A stretch of 64,000 bases of DNA from an uncultured Candidatus Saccharibacteria bacterium (GCA_963807025.1 CAWDZT010000010.1:25301-89300), one strand, 5' to 3'; shown: positions 10,523 through 21,590, counted from the first letter of the stretch. Program-made: numbers and translations. Notes: a model not told the origin generated them from the sequence alone.

Positions 10523-11818
10523 TCAAGCCGCAACCAGATCGCCGCGCAGACTGCGTATATGTTCCTTGTAGGCAATTATGGAATTAGGCATTTCCGTGTA
10601 GCGTTCGGGCACCTGGCGAAGTTCGGCCAATTGGGCGCTGTTGTCCACCACTATGCCCGTACCCTCTTCTATAACTTCGGCAAATTTATCCGGCGAGGCA
10701 GTCGATACTATGACGTCGCCCGGCCCGCTGGCGGCCCAGCCTACCGCGGTGTGCGGATCTAGCACATATCCGGTCTCGGCATGCACCGCCTTGATGGTGC
10801 GGAAGGTTTCATCATCGCTGACGCTCTTAGCTCTGAGTACTGAGCGCATCAGCTCCATGTCACCGCCGAAAATCCATTGCAAACGCGGACCGTTCTTAGG
10901 ATTTCCTATGTCCATGGCGTTTGACGGCGTAGGAACGCTGTCAGTAGGTTCATAAAGGCCGGTCTTCCAGTAACGAGTAAGCATGTCGTTCCTGTTGTTA
11001 GCCATAACGTATCCGCCCGATGGTATGCCCATGGCACGGCCCAGCAGGCCTGCCGTCAGGTTACCGCCATTACCGCTAGGTACTACGTTCCAGGTGTGTG
11101 CGGCTTCATCGCCGAGTTCGCTGAAGATCTTGGCATGATAAGTGATCTGTGGCAGAAGGCGGCCGATGTTGATGGTGTTGGCGGTGGTAAGATTGATGCC
11201 TTCTTGCAGCTCATCATCCTTGAAGGCTTCATCCACAAGCGACAGGCAGTCATCGAACGACCCGTCTATTTCAAGAGTGTGTACGTTGTCCGCGACCCGC
11301 CTTAGCTGTTCCTGCTGGAGCTGGCTGACACGGCCTTTGGGATACCCCATCAGCACGTCCACGCCGTCCATATCGCCCAGACCCGCGGCCACGGCACCGC
11401 CAGTATCGCCGCTGGTCATTACCAGCACCAAGGAACGACGGCCCGTCTGCTGGTAGAAATAGTTCAGGAACTGGCCGAGGTATTGCGCCGCCACGTCCTT
11501 GAACGCGCCGGTCGGACCGTGGAAGACCTCCAGCACCTTGCGATCGCCGACGTCTACCAGCGGCACATCGAACGTCGTGGACTCGCGCACTATGCGGTCC
11601 AGGTCATCCTCAGGTATCTCGTCGCCTATGTAAGGCCTCAGCACCGCCCTGCCTATCTCTATGGGATCTCCGCTACTTATTCGCTCGATATCGTGCGGGT
11701 CCAGCCTGGGTATGTGTTCAGGCACATAAACGCTGTGGCCGTCCTGCGGAGCGCCTTGTTCGATGGCACCTTGGAAAGAAACGGCATCTTCGGGATTAGC
11801 TAGACTGACAAACCTCAT
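10523..11818 (-). CDS. thrC: threonine synthase
   Basis: Intact 431-aa ORF with the PLP-lysine motif FHGPTGAFKD. Confidence 0.85.
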   Translation of the reverse strand: MRFVSLANPEDAVSFQGAIEQGAPQDGHSVYVPEHIPRLDPHDIERISSGDPIEIGRAVLRPYIGDEIPEDDLDRIVRESTTFDVPLVDVGDRKVLEVFHGPTGAFKDVAAQYLGQFLNYFYQQTGRRSLVLVMTSGDTGGAVAAGLGDMDGVDVLMGYPKGRVSQLQQEQLRRVADNVHTLEIDGSFDDCLSLVDEAFKDDELQEGINLTTANTINIGRLLPQITYHAKIFSELGDEAAHTWNVVPSGNGGNLTAGLLGRAMGIPSGGYVMANNRNDMLTRYWKTGLYEPTDSVPTPSNAMDIGNPKNGPRLQWIFGGDMELMRSVLRAKSVSDDETFRTIKAVHAETGYVLDPHTAVGWAASGPGDVIVSTASPDKFAEVIEEGTGIVVDNSAQLAELRQVPERYTEMPNSIIAYKEHIRSLRGDLVAA

Positions 11819-11949
11819 AAGGAACTACGCCACCCCTTTTCAAAAAAATAGACTGGGTGAACACTATCACCTTTCTACACAAATAGCAAATTTTGTGCTA
11901 TAGTAGGCTTCAACGAAAAATTAGTTAGTTTAAGAGGCTCCGTAACCCT

Positions 11950-12933
11950 ATGCCCTTAGTCACCGACCCAGTAATGTACCCGCAGTTCGCCAGACGCCTG
12001 GACGCCGAGGGCATTCCTCATATAGATGAGGCCACGGCGGAAGAACAGGAAATCCATACCCTAGACAGCGGTTTGGCCAACCTGATGCCAGCCGCTGCCA
12101 TGAAGGCCACTGAGCTGCAATGGTACCGTTGGATTGGTGGCGACACCGTGGTCCAGATCCGGCCGCATTTTATTAAATTCGACGATGACCGCCGCGAGCG
12201 CGAAGGCGCCAGCCGCAGTGAAATACTTAGCCGCTACACACCTCTGTCAGCGATACGCGATAATGGCTTAGACACGCTGGTGATAACCGGCGACAACCTG
12301 GAGACGCGGGAGGTGGTAGGCATGTCGACCGGCCGAGAGCCGTTGGAGCTTCCGGAAATCAACTACAGAGATCAACTAGAGGAACTCATAGCTTTCTCGA
12401 AGGAAGTACCGGTAACTATCTTCTCCTGTCTGGCGGCCCACTTCGCCCTGAACCACCTGCACGGCTTGAATCGCAAGATACTGGACCGAAAAATCAGCGG
12501 CGTATTCCAGCATGACGTGTTTGATACCAGCGCACCCTTGATGCGAGGCATGGGAGACACGATGGTTTCGCCCCACTCACGCTGGGGAGACATCAGCGTT
12601 GAAGAGGTTGATGAGATAGACGATCTGAAAATTCTGGCAGCCAGCGAAAGAGCCGGGTGGCTTGTACTGCAGGAGGAACTGCCTAATGGCAACTTGAGGG
12701 TGTACCTGCAAGGACACCCTGAATACGACAAGCACGATCTGGACGCGGAGTATAAACGTGACCGCGAAAAGGATGGCGTAGGTCTTCCCTACGGTTATTA
12801 CCCCGATGATGATTGTTCACAGTCACCGGATTGCAACTGGCCGCCTTATGCCAGGGTATTGCACGAAAACATATTGGGTGAGACCTACAGGATAGTAGAG
12901 GCTAGACGCCTAGAAAGACAGGGCCAGAATTAG
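11950..12933 (+). CDS. metA: homoserine O-acyltransferase, MetA family
   Basis: Intact 327-aa ORF with LANLMP, VITGDNLE, GVFQHDV and SPHSRWG motifs of the MetA/HTS family. Confidence 0.8.
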   Translation: MPLVTDPVMYPQFARRLDAEGIPHIDEATAEEQEIHTLDSGLANLMPAAAMKATELQWYRWIGGDTVVQIRPHFIKFDDDRREREGASRSEILSRYTPLSAIRDNGLDTLVITGDNLETREVVGMSTGREPLELPEINYRDQLEELIAFSKEVPVTIFSCLAAHFALNHLHGLNRKILDRKISGVFQHDVFDTSAPLMRGMGDTMVSPHSRWGDISVEEVDEIDDLKILAASERAGWLVLQEELPNGNLRVYLQGHPEYDKHDLDAEYKRDREKDGVGLPYGYYPDDDCSQSPDCNWPPYARVLHENILGETYRIVEARRLERQGQN

Positions 12934-14471
12934 CTAGACAAGGCTTGCTCGTAGCGGTCGATTAGCCAGGACGGGTCTTCGGTGCCCACAGAAACCCGTA
13001 TCATATTCGGGGACAGACCGGTACGCCTACGCAGCATATCGCTGGAGAACTTATCTATTATGTCCTGCGGATATACTATTCCTACGAAATCGGTGTTGAT
13101 AGTAAACCGCGTGCCGAAGCTGGGACCCTTGGAAAGGTCCAAAGCATCGTAGGTAGGCCGCGCACTGCGTTTTATGTCAACAGTTATGAGGCCGGGGGGT
13201 ACCAGAGGATTACGCGCAATATCAGCATACCTTTCGTGTCGCGCCCTCGATTCCCCAGCCCAATGGGTATGCTTGACCTTAGGGTGGGACTCAAAGAAGT
13301 CCGCCAGCCACCGGGTGTTATGACCTATCCTTAATGCGCGCGCTTTCCAGTCCGAAAGCTCATGGGAAATCCTTTGTACATCGCGTGCGTAAGGATGCTC
13401 AACGGCGCCGGGCAGTACCCCGCTTAGCTCGGCAGCGTATCCACTATCCGGGTTTATAGCTACAGAGCCCATCATTATGTCCCCATGGCCCGACGCGAAC
13501 TTGGTCAGACTTTCTATTACTACGTCAGCGTACGGCATGGCGTCTACTAGCATGGAGCCGGCCGATGAAACGTCAACTACCAGTGGTATATCGCCCAACG
13601 TCTCTTTCACCTGCTCCAATTCAGGGATATCAAGCAAAGGGTTCGCGGGCGCCTCGGTTATGACACCTATGACCTTGTCGCCCAATCCTTCGATTGCCTC
13701 TTTGAGGCCTTCTGTGTCGGTCGGGTCGCGCACTACACGTGTCCTGCCCTTATATTTTGACATGACCATATCCTCGGTATCGCGGTATAGGTTGCCCAAG
13801 AGAATCCATGTGTCCCGTCCGCTTTCACCATTAACGCGGCCTTCATTGCGGATAGCATCAAGCGCCTCGACCGTAGCCGTTACTGCGCTCATGCCGCTAT
13901 TCGCTAAAATAATTTCCGGCCTTGAAGGCGCGTATACAGCCTGTAAATCACGTGCTACGGACGCTTCGTCGGCCTCTGGCACCGTAACTTCCTCAAAAGG
14001 CTCATCACGGACCCCATGCTCAATCAGGAAATCTTCGGCCCGCCTCGACGACGGTACGTCGCCCCTTACCTTCCTAGCGACCGTTAATATGTCCAAAGCC
14101 TGTTCCGTACCCGGTTCGAATGATAAGAAAGTCATGGGGCCATCAACCCCGATAGTCGGCTCCAATAGTTGCTCCGCCGGTACATCATCAAGCAACCTTT
14201 CGGCGGCGGCTGGTGAACTTACGACAGACTGTACGCGACCTTCCTGTGGCAGACGTAATGCTACGCTTTCCCTTATGAAGGGATGCTCTCCGAACCGCGG
14301 ATAAGTAGTTTCCAGTTCCGACCAGGCCGCAGGATCGCGATCGCGGAACAAAAGTCGCACGTCCTGGCGGGTTGGCAGACTTACCGACACTGCGTGCGGA
14401 TTACCCGACGGTATAGCTTCGCCGAACGGTGCGCTATGTGAAACGTAATTTTCTATTGCCATAGGTCTCAA
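12930..14471 (-). CDS. PLP-dependent trans-sulfuration family enzyme (cystathionine gamma-synthase / O-acylhomoserine sulfhydrylase-like) with N-terminal extension
   Basis: 513-aa ORF with SLTKFASGHGDIMMG (PLP lysine context of the Cys/Met metabolism family). Confidence 0.65.
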   Translation of the reverse strand: MRPMAIENYVSHSAPFGEAIPSGNPHAVSVSLPTRQDVRLLFRDRDPAAWSELETTYPRFGEHPFIRESVALRLPQEGRVQSVVSSPAAAERLLDDVPAEQLLEPTIGVDGPMTFLSFEPGTEQALDILTVARKVRGDVPSSRRAEDFLIEHGVRDEPFEEVTVPEADEASVARDLQAVYAPSRPEIILANSGMSAVTATVEALDAIRNEGRVNGESGRDTWILLGNLYRDTEDMVMSKYKGRTRVVRDPTDTEGLKEAIEGLGDKVIGVITEAPANPLLDIPELEQVKETLGDIPLVVDVSSAGSMLVDAMPYADVVIESLTKFASGHGDIMMGSVAINPDSGYAAELSGVLPGAVEHPYARDVQRISHELSDWKARALRIGHNTRWLADFFESHPKVKHTHWAGESRARHERYADIARNPLVPPGLITVDIKRSARPTYDALDLSKGPSFGTRFTINTDFVGIVYPQDIIDKFSSDMLRRRTGLSPNMIRVSVGTEDPSWLIDRYEQALSS

Positions 14472-14625
14472 ATCCTGTTTATATAATACTCTTTAAGGTG
14501 TTAGAATTCAAGCTAATGTGCACACTAATTATAGACAAAATAATTTAATTGTGTTAATGTACTTAAATTAATTGCCAATAAATCCGGGAGATACATGGCG
14601 GCAGAGTTATTCGTGGGCAGTACCA

Positions 14626-15198
14626 ATGTCCAACACGTCCAGCAACCTGAAAGACAGTGAGCAGTGCTACGCGGCCATGGTTTCTGCCGTCAGCGGTGTG
14701 CCCATACATGCAGCCCAGGCCGCCCTTTACGGGAGCGGCAGGGTCCAGGAAGACGGCTCCGTAGGCATCAGGTTGTCCAGTACCCGCCTGGAAATGCCCG
14801 ACACCGTTTCTCCGGTTTCGGTGGTCGAGATAGATCCCCTGGAGCAAGTCGAGGATCCGCAGGAAATCTTGCGGCTGATGGATGTCGCTTTCAAGGCCGG
14901 GCGAGCGGTCACTTTCCTGCACCGGAAAGTATTGGATGAGCAAGAGATCCTCGAAGAAGCCTCCAGAGACCCTGAAGAAAATTCGGGCGTCAAATATCAC
15001 TGGATGCTATTCACCGGATACCCCGTCATACACGGCAAGCCAGGACCCGTACATACCATCAATCCCCTGCGCGAAGAAGCGGGGTATACCAGCCGTTCCG
15101 CGATAATAGACATCATCAACCGCTCCAACGATTATGAAACCGGCGGCCAGGGCGTCTTCCTTGAGGCCATAAGCAACGGATTAGCTTCCGGTACCTAG
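14626..15198 (+). CDS. hypothetical protein, possibly papain-like cysteine peptidase fold
   Basis: ORF 14572..15198, with a likely start at MSNTSSNL. EQCYAAMV (Q..C) and YHWMLFTGY (H...GY) resemble Cys/His catalytic contexts. There is no firm family match. Confidence 0.35.
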   Translation: MSNTSSNLKDSEQCYAAMVSAVSGVPIHAAQAALYGSGRVQEDGSVGIRLSSTRLEMPDTVSPVSVVEIDPLEQVEDPQEILRLMDVAFKAGRAVTFLHRKVLDEQEILEEASRDPEENSGVKYHWMLFTGYPVIHGKPGPVHTINPLREEAGYTSRSAIIDIINRSNDYETGGQGVFLEAISNGLASGT

Positions 15199-15848
15199 AG
15201 ACGCTCCAGCAGATTAGAGTCAAATTCCTCTAACGAACCCAGCACCGCGTCAGCGGTTTTGATGAACTTATTGTCATGATTGCCGCGTTCCGGCACGGCC
15301 ACGCAGACCATGCGGGCCGCTTTGGCCGCTAACACTCCGTTCGGGGCGTCTTCAAACACCACGCAATCCTGCGGCTTGACCTTAAAATGTTTGGCCACGC
15401 TCAGGAACACGCCCGGGTGAGGCTTGGCGTGCTCTTCGTATTGAGCTGAATATATGTGGTCGAAGTGTTCGCGGATTTCTAGCGTATCGACCACGGCATC
15501 TATCATCGAGGCTCTCGCCGACGAAGCAATGGCCACCGGAAGACCGGCCTTTTTAAAAATTGATAGTACGTGGTGTACGCCGGGCTTCAGCGTTATTTCT
15601 TTTTTGATCAGCCTGGCGGCCTCTTTTTCGACGTCGCGGGCCACTTCGGGTACGGATCTGCCCTGCCACGGCTGGCCGCGATAAACAACCTCCACAGCTT
15701 GCTCGCTCCTAAGACCGGTGATAGCTAAGTGTTGCTGGCGCGAGAGTGTAACGCCCAGGGGCTTATAAACTTTGTTGTGGGCCTTCAGCCAAAGCGGTTC
15801 GCTGTCAATCAGCAGGCCGTCCATATCGAATATCGCCGCTTTTATCAT
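15195..15848 (-). CDS. HAD-superfamily hydrolase (beta-phosphoglucomutase-like subfamily IA)
   Basis: AAIFDMDGLLIDSE (DxD motif I) and VVFEDAPNGVLAAKAA (motif IV). Confidence 0.8.
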   Translation of the reverse strand: MIKAAIFDMDGLLIDSEPLWLKAHNKVYKPLGVTLSRQQHLAITGLRSEQAVEVVYRGQPWQGRSVPEVARDVEKEAARLIKKEITLKPGVHHVLSIFKKAGLPVAIASSARASMIDAVVDTLEIREHFDHIYSAQYEEHAKPHPGVFLSVAKHFKVKPQDCVVFEDAPNGVLAAKAARMVCVAVPERGNHDNKFIKTADAVLGSLEEFDSNLLERL

Positions 15849-15905
15849 GTATTCAATTGTACTACGTCTTGCCGCGCGCTAACAGATGTGATAAGATGAA
15901 CCGAC

Positions 15906-16265
15906 ATGAAAAAAGGACTGCACCCGGATAACTACCAGCTGATGGTGTTCGAGGACCTGAACAACGGGTTCCGTTTCCTCACGCGTTCGACAGCCAAGGC
16001 CGAAGAGACCACCAAGTGGGAGGACGGCAAGGAATATCCTTTGGTAAAGGTCCACATAACCAGCGCCTCGCACCCCTTCTTCACCGGCGAGGAGCGCATA
16101 CTCGACATCGAAGGCCGCGTAGACAAGTTCAAGGCCCGCGCCGCCGCAGGCGCCGCATCCAAAGACAAGCGCGCCAAAGCCGCCGCCAAAGCCTCCAAGC
16201 GCCAGGCCGCCAAGGTCGCCAAAGCCGAAGCCAAAGCCGAGAACACCAAGCCCCGCTCTAAATAG
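15906..16265 (+). CDS. rpmE: 50S ribosomal protein L31 (type B-like, Lys/Ala-rich C-terminal extension)
   Basis: MKKGLHPDNY ... SASHPFFTGE is typical of L31. Confidence 0.9.
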   Translation: MKKGLHPDNYQLMVFEDLNNGFRFLTRSTAKAEETTKWEDGKEYPLVKVHITSASHPFFTGEERILDIEGRVDKFKARAAAGAASKDKRAKAAAKASKRQAAKVAKAEAKAENTKPRSK

Positions 16266-16271
16266 CTGATT

Positions 16272-17328
16272 ATGAACGATAAGGAAAAGGCTCTCCGCGA
16301 AGAGCTCGCCGACCTGGAAGAAAAACTCCAGGATCCGGCTGTTTTTGGCGCCAAAAATTATCCGAAGCTGGCCAAGCGAAAAGCCGAGCTTGATGATATC
16401 GTTGCCCTGTTCGACACCAAGCTAAAGCTGTCCAAAGACAACTAGGCGAAGCCAGCGACCTGGCTAAGATCCTGATCCGGCGATGGCAGAGATGGCCGGG
16501 AAGAGCTGGAGGAGCTGGAAGGCAAATCGCAGCCGGCGAGACAGCAAACTCGCGGCGGCGCTAACGCCGCAGGATCCGAACGATGAGCGTGATGTAATAA
16601 TAGAGGTAAGGGCCGCGGCCGGCGGCGACGAATCTTCCCTGTTTGCCGGCGAGCTGTACCGGATGTATTCGCGCTGGTCCGAAAAACACGATTACAAGTT
16701 GGAGCTCATCAGCGAAAGCCCGTCCGAGGCCGGCGGCTTCAAAGAAATCGTCTTCGCCGTTCGCGGCGGCGACGCCTATAAGAATCTTAAGTTCGAAGCC
16801 GGCGTACACCGCGTACAACGTATACCCGTCACCGAGAGCCAGGGACGCGTACACACCTCCACCGCCACCGTAGCCGTACTGCCGGAGGCCGAAGAGACGG
16901 ACGTGGAGATCGACCCGAACGATCTTAGGGTAGACGTTTTCCGTAGCGGCGGCCACGGCGGCCAATCCGTCAACACTACCGACTCGGCGGTACGTATCAC
17001 CCACCTGCCCACCGGTCTGGTCATAACCAACCAGGACGAGAAATCCCAGATCAAGAACAAGGCCAAGGCCATGAGCGTCCTGCGCTCGCGGCTCTTGCAG
17101 ATGAAAATCGAAGAAGGGCAAAAGGAACTCTCCGACGCCCGCCGCAAACTTATCGGCTCCGGCGACCGTTCAGAAAAGATCCGCACTTATAATTTCCCGC
17201 AGGACCGAATCACCGACCACCGCATCGGTTACAGCCGCTCAAACATACCCGGAGCCCTAGACGGCGACATAGACGACCTGATAGAGAAACTCCAGGCCGC
17301 CGAGCACGACCTGATAACCAAGGATTAA
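16272..17328 (+). CDS. prfA: peptide chain release factor 1 (several indels between 16430 and 16560)
   Basis: GGQ motif ([24 protein letters not shown]) and PVT tripeptide ([14 protein letters not shown]). The N-terminus [19 protein letters not shown] starts at 16272. Confidence 0.85.
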
Positions 17329-17332
17329 GACC

Positions 17333-18199
17333 GTGAAGACCGGGCACTGGCTGGACTCGGCCACTCGCAAACTGGAGCAGGCTGGAGTTGGAACGGCGCG
17401 CCTGGACGCGTTAGTCCTGCTGGAAGACGTCACGGGCCGAGACCGGGCACGGTTGTTGGCTAACCCGGAGCATGGGCTATCGCGCGAAGAGCTAGCTAAA
17501 CTCACAAAATTGCTCAATAATCGGGCCAAGCACACCCCCCTTGCCTACGTCCGCGGCAAGACCGAGTTCTATGGCAGAAATTTTGTGATCACACCTGCTG
17601 TTCTGGAGCCCAGGCCCGAATCCGAGACCATGATCGACCTTTTGGCCGGCTTGGCGGCGGACGGCGAATTGCCTCCGGATGACGGCAAAAACGGCATCCG
17701 CGGCCAAAAAACGCTGCAGATAGCGGACGTCGGCGCGGGTAGCGGCGCACTGGGAATCACAGCTAAATTAGAGCTTCCGCAGGACCGGGAAGCCGTCGTT
17801 GACCTGTTGGAGATCGATCCGAAAGCCGCAAAAATCGCCAAAATCAACGTAGAAAAACACACAACAAACATAAGCGTCATCGAGGGCGACCTGCTGGAAG
17901 CTTCCGACAAGGACTATGACGTCCTCCTCTGTAACCTTCCCTACGTGCCTGATAACCATACGGTTAACCAGGCGGCCATGCATGAACCTAAGATAGCCAT
18001 CTTCGGCGGCCCGGACGGCCTTGATATATATAGAAGACTGTTCAGCCAAGTCAAGAAACTCAAGGCTAAGCCGTTGTATATTTTAACTGAGTCGTTGCCG
18101 CCCCAGCATGGCGCCCTGGAAGGTATAGCGGACGCCAGCGGCTACGTATTGGAGCACGAAGACGACTTTATCCAGGTTTTTAGACGCGACGGGAATTGA
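17333..18199 (+). CDS. prmC: release factor glutamine N5-methyltransferase
   Basis: Immediately downstream of prfA. SAM-binding DVGAGSGALG and NLPYVP (NPPY-type) motifs. Confidence 0.8.
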   Translation: MKTGHWLDSATRKLEQAGVGTARLDALVLLEDVTGRDRARLLANPEHGLSREELAKLTKLLNNRAKHTPLAYVRGKTEFYGRNFVITPAVLEPRPESETMIDLLAGLAADGELPPDDGKNGIRGQKTLQIADVGAGSGALGITAKLELPQDREAVVDLLEIDPKAAKIAKINVEKHTTNISVIEGDLLEASDKDYDVLLCNLPYVPDNHTVNQAAMHEPKIAIFGGPDGLDIYRRLFSQVKKLKAKPLYILTESLPPQHGALEGIADASGYVLEHEDDFIQVFRRDGN

Positions 18200-18326
18200 A
18201 CCGGCAAACCGCCCGGCCGTACGCGCCAAACACCAATAAAACCGCGCCTGGCCAGTGACTTGGCCAATCCACGGAATCAGGGCTTAAAATGTCCGCTGAA
18301 TAAAAAGTTGGTTTTTGCGCGTCGCG

Positions 18327-18358
18327 GACGTTGTGATAAAGGTCAAGAAAGGTGCTGG
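18327..18358. repeat. solo end of the CCAGCACCTT element family
   Basis: The reverse complement, ccagcacctttcttgacctttatcacaacgtc, is 28/32 identical to 9596-9627. It lies 1 nt after the stop codon of the 18360..19109 gene. Confidence 0.55.
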
Positions 18359-18359
18359 A

Positions 18360-19109
18360 TCAGACGACCTTGTCGCCCCAGTCCGAGAACGCCAGCACTA
18401 CCAGCACTATCGCCAGCATTACGAATATGAACTGGCGCCGCAGGCCCCTGTTGAGCTTGCCGGTGTGATCAAGGTAGTACAGGACCGCTATACCGTAGCC
18501 TAGCGTGCTGAGCAGAAGCGTAGGCAATGCCACGCCGCGGTAGAACAACAGCCAATGGCTTAACAGCCAGGCCAGCGCCGCGCCGAAATAACCCCATACA
18601 TAGGACAGCATCTTGGCGTAAGGCTCGTCGAACGCGTCCAGGAAATGCCTGGCCGTCCAGAAGCAGAACAGGCCCGTCAACAGGGTCAGCGCCCATGTGG
18701 GGCCGTCGGCCCAGGCAAGGTAGAGCGCGCTCAGGGCCGCCAGCTGGCCGATGAAGGCCTGGACGGTGATCGTGAGCATATCCGTCCCGGGCTTGATAGC
18801 CGTAAGCCAGATACCATAAGCCACTACCAGCATTATCTGAAGAAGCAGGCCTTGGTAGTGGGTCATGAACAGAACTACCGACAGACCGACCATCAGGTCG
18901 ATGGCATTGGCCCGGATATTGGCCGCCCAGAAACGCGGCCTGACGGCGAACATACGCCACTTGCTAAGAACTATGATCACGGCCGCCACTATGCTCAGAT
19001 TCAGCCGTATCAGCACGAACACCGCGGCAGGCAGTACCAACAGCAATCCCGTATGCAGGAAGTGGGATACGCCGCTAGTGGGCTTGAGATTGCGCAGGAG
19101 TGGTCTCAT
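18360..19109 (-). CDS. polytopic membrane protein, unknown function
   Basis: 249-aa ORF with about 7 hydrophobic segments. Confidence 0.5.
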   Translation of the reverse strand: MRPLLRNLKPTSGVSHFLHTGLLLVLPAAVFVLIRLNLSIVAAVIIVLSKWRMFAVRPRFWAANIRANAIDLMVGLSVVLFMTHYQGLLLQIMLVVAYGIWLTAIKPGTDMLTITVQAFIGQLAALSALYLAWADGPTWALTLLTGLFCFWTARHFLDAFDEPYAKMLSYVWGYFGAALAWLLSHWLLFYRGVALPTLLLSTLGYGIAVLYYLDHTGKLNRGLRRQFIFVMLAIVLVVLAFSDWGDKVV

Positions 19110-20810
19110 CGCTGCCTACTATGATAACAAAGTCTGCGCCGTTCGTCTGGATGGTCTGGTCCGGCATCTTAGTGGCGGCCGTTACGCCTATGTTCTGCTC
19201 CAGGACATTCCTGGTATGTTTCTTGGTGCCATTGCTCAGGTCTATCAGCTTGGTCTCGTGCCAGCCGCCGCCAGGCGTATTGCCTACGCCCGATATGTTA
19301 TAGCCGTACTTCTTCAGTTCCTTCGCCTTCTTTGGCCGCCAGATCCGATATCAGGGTGCCGTTCAGCACCAGTACCTTGGCCTTCTCGTGTACCAGGAAC
19401 GGGTCCTTAAGCTTAAGTTTGACGAACTTATGAATGGCCTCGTATCTGAACAGGCCGGCCTTGGGCAATACCACCGACTGGCCGTCGATGTTGCCGGTGG
19501 TAACCAAGGGGTTATTGCCGCCGTCAAAGCCCACCGATTCCGGTAGCGGAGGATTTTATGTCCTTTATCAGCTCGTACAGCCTCTGTGCGTTCTTCACCG
19601 ACAGGTCGGAATCCACGTTGTCGCCGAAACTGTTTATAAGATGCGACAGCTTGAGCGGGTTGCTGAGCGTACCCAGACTGACTATCTTGGACTTCAGCGC
19701 TACCAGCACGGCGCGCTGGCGTTCGGCCCGCGAGAAGTCGCTGGTGGTTTCGCGGGAACGCACGTAGCGCAGGGCTTGTGCGCCTCCGAACTTGTGCTCA
19801 CCGGCCTTGGCTATGACGGCGCTGTTATTGTTCTCCCAGGCCATGGTCGGGTCCACAAGGGTCTTGGGCACGTTGACGTCAACGCCGCCTACGGCGTTGA
19901 CGGCCTGATCGAAGGCCTGGAAGTTGACCATAAGATTGTAGTGCACGTCCACGCCCAGAACGTCTTCCACCGCCTGGTCTACCAGATCATAGCCGGCCTG
20001 TATGGCCTTAGGGTCGGTAGTACCGGGCTGCCTGTTTGCCCATATAGTTGAATTCGCCCGTCTCGAAGACAGCGTTAAGTTTCATCACGCCGGCGCCGGG
20101 CACGTTCACCCACATGTCGCGGGGCAGGCTTATAAGCGTGGAGTTATGGTTGACGACGTCCACGCTGGCCAGCATCATGGTATCGGTCAGGTCCGGGGCT
20201 TCGTGCCCGGCTCCGCCGCGGCCCATACAGCAATATGTTGACGCGGCCGGTATCCTCGCCCTTCAGCAGATCCGGGTTCTGATCAAGGGCCGCGGCGGAG
20301 CCCCGGAATGCCTTGTGCAGTTTGAAATAACCCTGGGTGAACAACAGTCCGCCCAGCGTTATCACCAGCACCATCATCACGGCCGCGCTCGCGGAAAGCC
20401 CGGCGCCGGACCCTTTCCCACTTCGTTTCCGCGAACAGCGCTTCCAGCCGCGACGGGCTTTCCTCGCCCGGCAGATCCATATCTATAGGAGTGTGCCGGG
20501 CCAGCTGTTCGGGCGGCAGTTCCGCGGAACAGGGACCAAAGGCTCGACTACCGCAGCTACCGCCAACGCCGGCAGGGTGCGCGCGGCCCGGACTGCGGCC
20601 GGAACCTTGGATGCTGGTACGTATGCGGCACGCGCAGCGCGTGGCCTGGGCCGTATATGCGGGAGACGGCATGGGCCGTGGCCCGGTCACCGACCGGCCG
20701 CAGGGCGTGCGGGCAGAGCCTTCGGCACAGGTCAGGATTTCCAAAGGTTTGTTTTGGTGTTTGGCGCGGTGTTTGTGTTCCCGGCCGTCTGTACCTTGAC
20801 GGTTCCATCT
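19075..20810 (-). CDS. LytR-CpsA-Psr (LCP) family protein with LytR_C-like tail (at least 4 frame pieces; start uncertain)
   Basis: LCP core in ORFs 20008..20226 and 19524..19970 (DTMMLASVD...LISLPRDMWV; RYVRSRETTSDFSRAERQ). TM segment MMVLVITLGGLLF. C-terminal KVLVLNGT... continues to 19075 after a shift. Confidence 0.7.
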
Positions 20811-20915
20811 CTTTTTTTGTATCGAGTCTTAGTTTATACCTATTATGCTTTCCTGTAAAGGCTTTTTGACCCGTACGGATCCGACACCGTAGCGTGTGGT
20901 ATAGTAAGGCGTTGT

Positions 20916-21590
20916 ATGGCAAACAAAACTGATTCGAAAAACCCCGGGCAGGTACGCCGCGTTTCCAGCCAAGCACCGGATCCAGACGCTGATAAATCAG
21001 GGACTGAGCACCGCCATTCCGGCTGGCGCGAGTTCTTCTCTACCGCCGCCATACTGATAGGCGCCTTGCTGGTGGCTCTGTTCATCATCACCTTCGTATT
21101 CCGCTCCTACCAGGTGGACGGACCGAGCATGGAAACCACCCTGCAGAACGACGACAAGCTCATCATCTGGAAGGTCCCGCGCACCTGGGCCCGGATAACC
21201 GGCCACGACTACATACCGGACCGCGGCGACATCATCGTCTTCACCGAGAACGGACTGGGCCAGTTCGGCCAGGAAGACAGCAAACAGCTTATAAAACGGG
21301 TCATCGGCCTGCCGGGAGACCGGGTGGTCGTGCAGCGACGGCAAGTACACCATATATAACAAGGCGCATCCCAAGGGCTTCAATCCCGACGCCACCCTGC
21401 CCTATGGCAACGACATACCGAACACACCCGGCAACGTGGACGTCACCCTGGGCCAACACCAGCTGTTCGTATCCGGCGACAACCGGCCGGATTCGCTGGA
21501 TTCCCGCACATTCGGTCCGATCAACGCCGACCAGGTCATCGGCAAGCTGGTCGTGCGCGTCTTTCCGCTAGGCGGCTCCAAGATCTTTTA
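20916..21590 (+). CDS. lepB: signal peptidase I (frameshift near 21350)
   Basis: GPSMETTL (Ser box), KRVIGLPGDRV and, after the shift, SGDNRPDSLDSRTFGP. Confidence 0.8.

Noticed and set aside
11528-11545. CCAGCACCTT match inside thrC
   Set aside because: It encodes the universally conserved KVLEVFHGPTGAFKD region of threonine synthase. It has no partner arm and no ACAACG sub-motif, so it is most likely a coincidence.
16272-16560. Programmed frameshift in the release factor gene
   Set aside because: Programmed +1 frameshifting is a property of prfB (RF2) at a CUU-UGA site. This gene is RF1 (PVT motif). It needs several indels within about 150 nt, and no slippery or SD-stimulated site is present.
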